A stretch of 64,000 nucleotides of DNA from the NCBI GenBank assembly GCA_964016885.1, contig OZ024759.1, positions 28,086,001 through 28,150,000 of the forward strand, in the 5' to 3' direction. This stretch comes from Eledone cirrhosa. Taxonomy: Eukaryota. This document shows, piece by piece, positions 61,397-64,000 of this stretch (position 1 is the stretch's first letter; each line of letters begins with the position of its first letter). The notes below the pieces were generated by a model that saw only the letters and a program-made list of their open reading frames with translations, was not told where the DNA came from and did not search any database. Made by a program: the position numbers and the translations under genes.

Positions 61397-61556
61397 GCTT
61401 CCTGAAGATTTCATCTGAATGAAACAGTACTAGTCCTGTAGAAGCTCCTTCTATACAATAAAAAAAAAATATATATATATATATATATATGGGCTTCCTG
61501 AAGATTTCATCTGAATTAAACAGTACTAGTCCTGTAGAAGCTCCTTCTATACAATA
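61395..61556 (+). ncRNA. Tandem pair of type I hammerhead units, 96-bp period; first intact, second G12 to T
   Basis: GGGCTTC-CTGAAGA-TTTCA-tc-TGAAT-GAAA-CAG-tactagtc-CTG-TA|GAAGCTC; decayed relative at 52332-52386. Confidence 0.85.
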
Positions 61557-61619
61557 ATATATATATATATATATATATACGATATTAACAAATGGAAAAT
61601 ATATTTATAAAACCATATT

Positions 61620-61684
61620 TATTTCATTATACATATTTCAAGGACACCAAGTTAAATTATGGTGTGCTTTCATCAGATAAAATA
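61620..61684 (-). ncRNA. Type I hammerhead ribozyme, family of 6129
   Basis: TATTTTAT-CTGATGA-AAGCACACCA..TGGTGTCCTT-GAAA-TATGTA-TA|ATGAAATA. Confidence 0.85.
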
Positions 61685-61786
61685 TAATATCGTATTTTTA
61701 CTCCAAATATTTGTTGAGTGCTTTATATCAGTTATACAAATATTTGCTTGTTGTATCCCAACAATTTGAATAGAACTCTTACATAC

Positions 61787-61938
<152 letters not shown>

Positions 61939-62072
61939 ATATATATATGTATATATATATGTATATATATATGTATATATATATGTATATATATATGTAT
62001 ATATATATGTATATATATATGTATATATATATGTATATATATATGTATATATATATGTATATATATATGTAT

Positions 62073-62168
<96 letters not shown>

Positions 62169-62227
62169 GTATATATATATATATGTATATATATATATGT
62201 ATATATATATATGTATATATATATATG

Positions 62228-62378
<151 letters not shown>

Positions 62379-62399
62379 GTGTATATATATATATATGTG

Positions 62400-62448
<49 letters not shown>

Positions 62449-62527
62449 GTATATATATATGTGTGTATATATATATGTATATATATATGTATATATATAT
62501 GTGTGTATATATATATGTATATATATA

Positions 62528-62572
<45 letters not shown>

Positions 62573-62700
62573 GTGCGTGTGTGTGTATATATATATATAC
62601 AGAAAGAGAGAGGGAGAGAGATACATACATACAAACGCATATGTGGGTATACACACGCATATATATATATATATATATGAGTGCATATGTGTTTGTGTGT

Positions 62701-62785
<85 letters not shown>

Positions 62786-63514
62786 TATGTCTGTTTGTGT
62801 GTGTGGGTAGACTTCACTATTTGTGCGTATGTGTTTGTGTGTATATATATATATATATTTATAGTGTATGCGTGTTTGTGTGTGTGAGTGCAGCTCAGTA
62901 TGTGTGTGAATGTACTTCTATATATTATTGGCTATAATCTAATTACGCGCAACTGATATCAACTTATAAGTATGTATAAATATGAAATTACTAATGCCTA
63001 TAAGTAGTATTGTATCTAACTCAATAATCAGAGTCGACTCAACTTGTACGAATGTATATGAATACAAATATACAGACAATCTTAGTATTATTGCATATAA
63101 TATAATTATATGAGCTTAAGCTCAACGTATGTGTGTATACAAATAACTAAGCAGAAACGTAGAAATATATATTCATAGGTATAGACAGACCTGTCAGCTT
63201 TCCCCGTCCGACGGGGAGATCTCCCACCCGCTTTGAGGTGGGTGAAAGATGTTTTCTCTTGTAAAAATGTATATAGCTTTCATTATGGAAAATCTCCCCA
63301 TTTTGCCTCATTTCCCCCCGTTTGAGGGCCCGTTTTTCATGGTACACCCCGTTTGAGGTTTTAGAGGTTGGCGGGTCTGTAGGTTTAACCACGTCGTATG
63401 CAGTTTTTTGTCAACTAATCTCTACGTACGGTAAGCAATGTATCTCGTAACGGTTTGAAATATAGACAAAATTCCTTTTAATTTTTTGAAGATGTTACAT
63501 CTTATATATTTAGG

Positions 63515-63720
63515 ATGGGTCTAACCGACCGTTTTCTTTTTGCACCAGTCTCTATCGATATTTCTAGTGCTCTTGGTCCCCGTTCTGCTGATTTCCTCCG
63601 TAAAATCATCAGAAAGACGGCAGCTTGCTTGAGGATGGAGATTCTTGAGGTGGGGTGGCTGTTGCAGCGGTTATCTCTGGCCATTCTCTGTGGAAACACC
63701 TTTGCTATTTTGTCCTCGGT
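63515..63720 (+). pseudogene. C-terminal remnant of a CRE-like non-LTR retrotransposon (restriction-like endonuclease region)
   Basis: FLFAPVSIDISSALGPRSADFLRKI...WLLQRLSLAILCGNTFAIL fits F.P...ET.G..GP....FL......L.QRLS.AI.RGNA..I. Confidence 0.75.
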
Positions 63721-63891
63721 GTGCGACCAAGGCACCACTCAGACTGGGGTGAACGTCTGTCAATTTCTCCCGCCCTTCATTTTTTTCGTTGATCCTTCTT
63801 TTCTTCTTCTATTCATTTCCTTGTTTCTACGTTTTTTTTGTTCCTTTTAATGGTATGTTTTATTTTCATTAGATACTGCTCAATTATTTTA

Positions 63892-64000
63892 AGGCAGTGG
63901 ATTGGCAGTATCGGTTGAGGGTCGGGCGTTAGTCTTTGTAGCATAGAGTTACGGCCCTTTAAGGTCTGAGTTCAAATCCCGCCGAGGTTAACTTTGCCTT
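63892..64000 (+). mobile_element. SINE 5' part, runs off the window
   Basis: GGCAGTGGATTGGCAGTATCGGT..GAGTTCAAATCCCGCCGAGG. Confidence 0.85.

Overview
AT-rich animal genomic DNA, most likely a cephalopod (Octopus-like), inferred from the repeat content. The window is dominated by (TA)n, (CA)n, (GA)n and trinucleotide microsatellites, so nearly all ORFs in the supplied track are repeat artefacts. Recognisable content: many copies of a tRNA-derived Meta-domain-type SINE; two oppositely oriented non-autonomous mariner elements sharing one internal deletion; Tigger/Tc2-like MITEs; Helitron, RTE-LINE and CRE-like remnants; several minisatellites; a 200-N gap. The most striking signal is about 20 intact, variant or decayed type I hammerhead ribozyme (HHR) motifs from several sequence families. 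They sit in short, often fold-back inserts in or beside (TA)n tracts, consistent with truncated Penelope-like element termini. They include U3-A8 compensatory cores, a repeated CAGAAGA (U4A) core and covarying stem II helices. Two microexon candidates (18 nt on minus, 12 nt on plus) and some weaker exon candidates suggest intronic sequence, but no host protein could be identified. All coordinates and pairings were read by eye.
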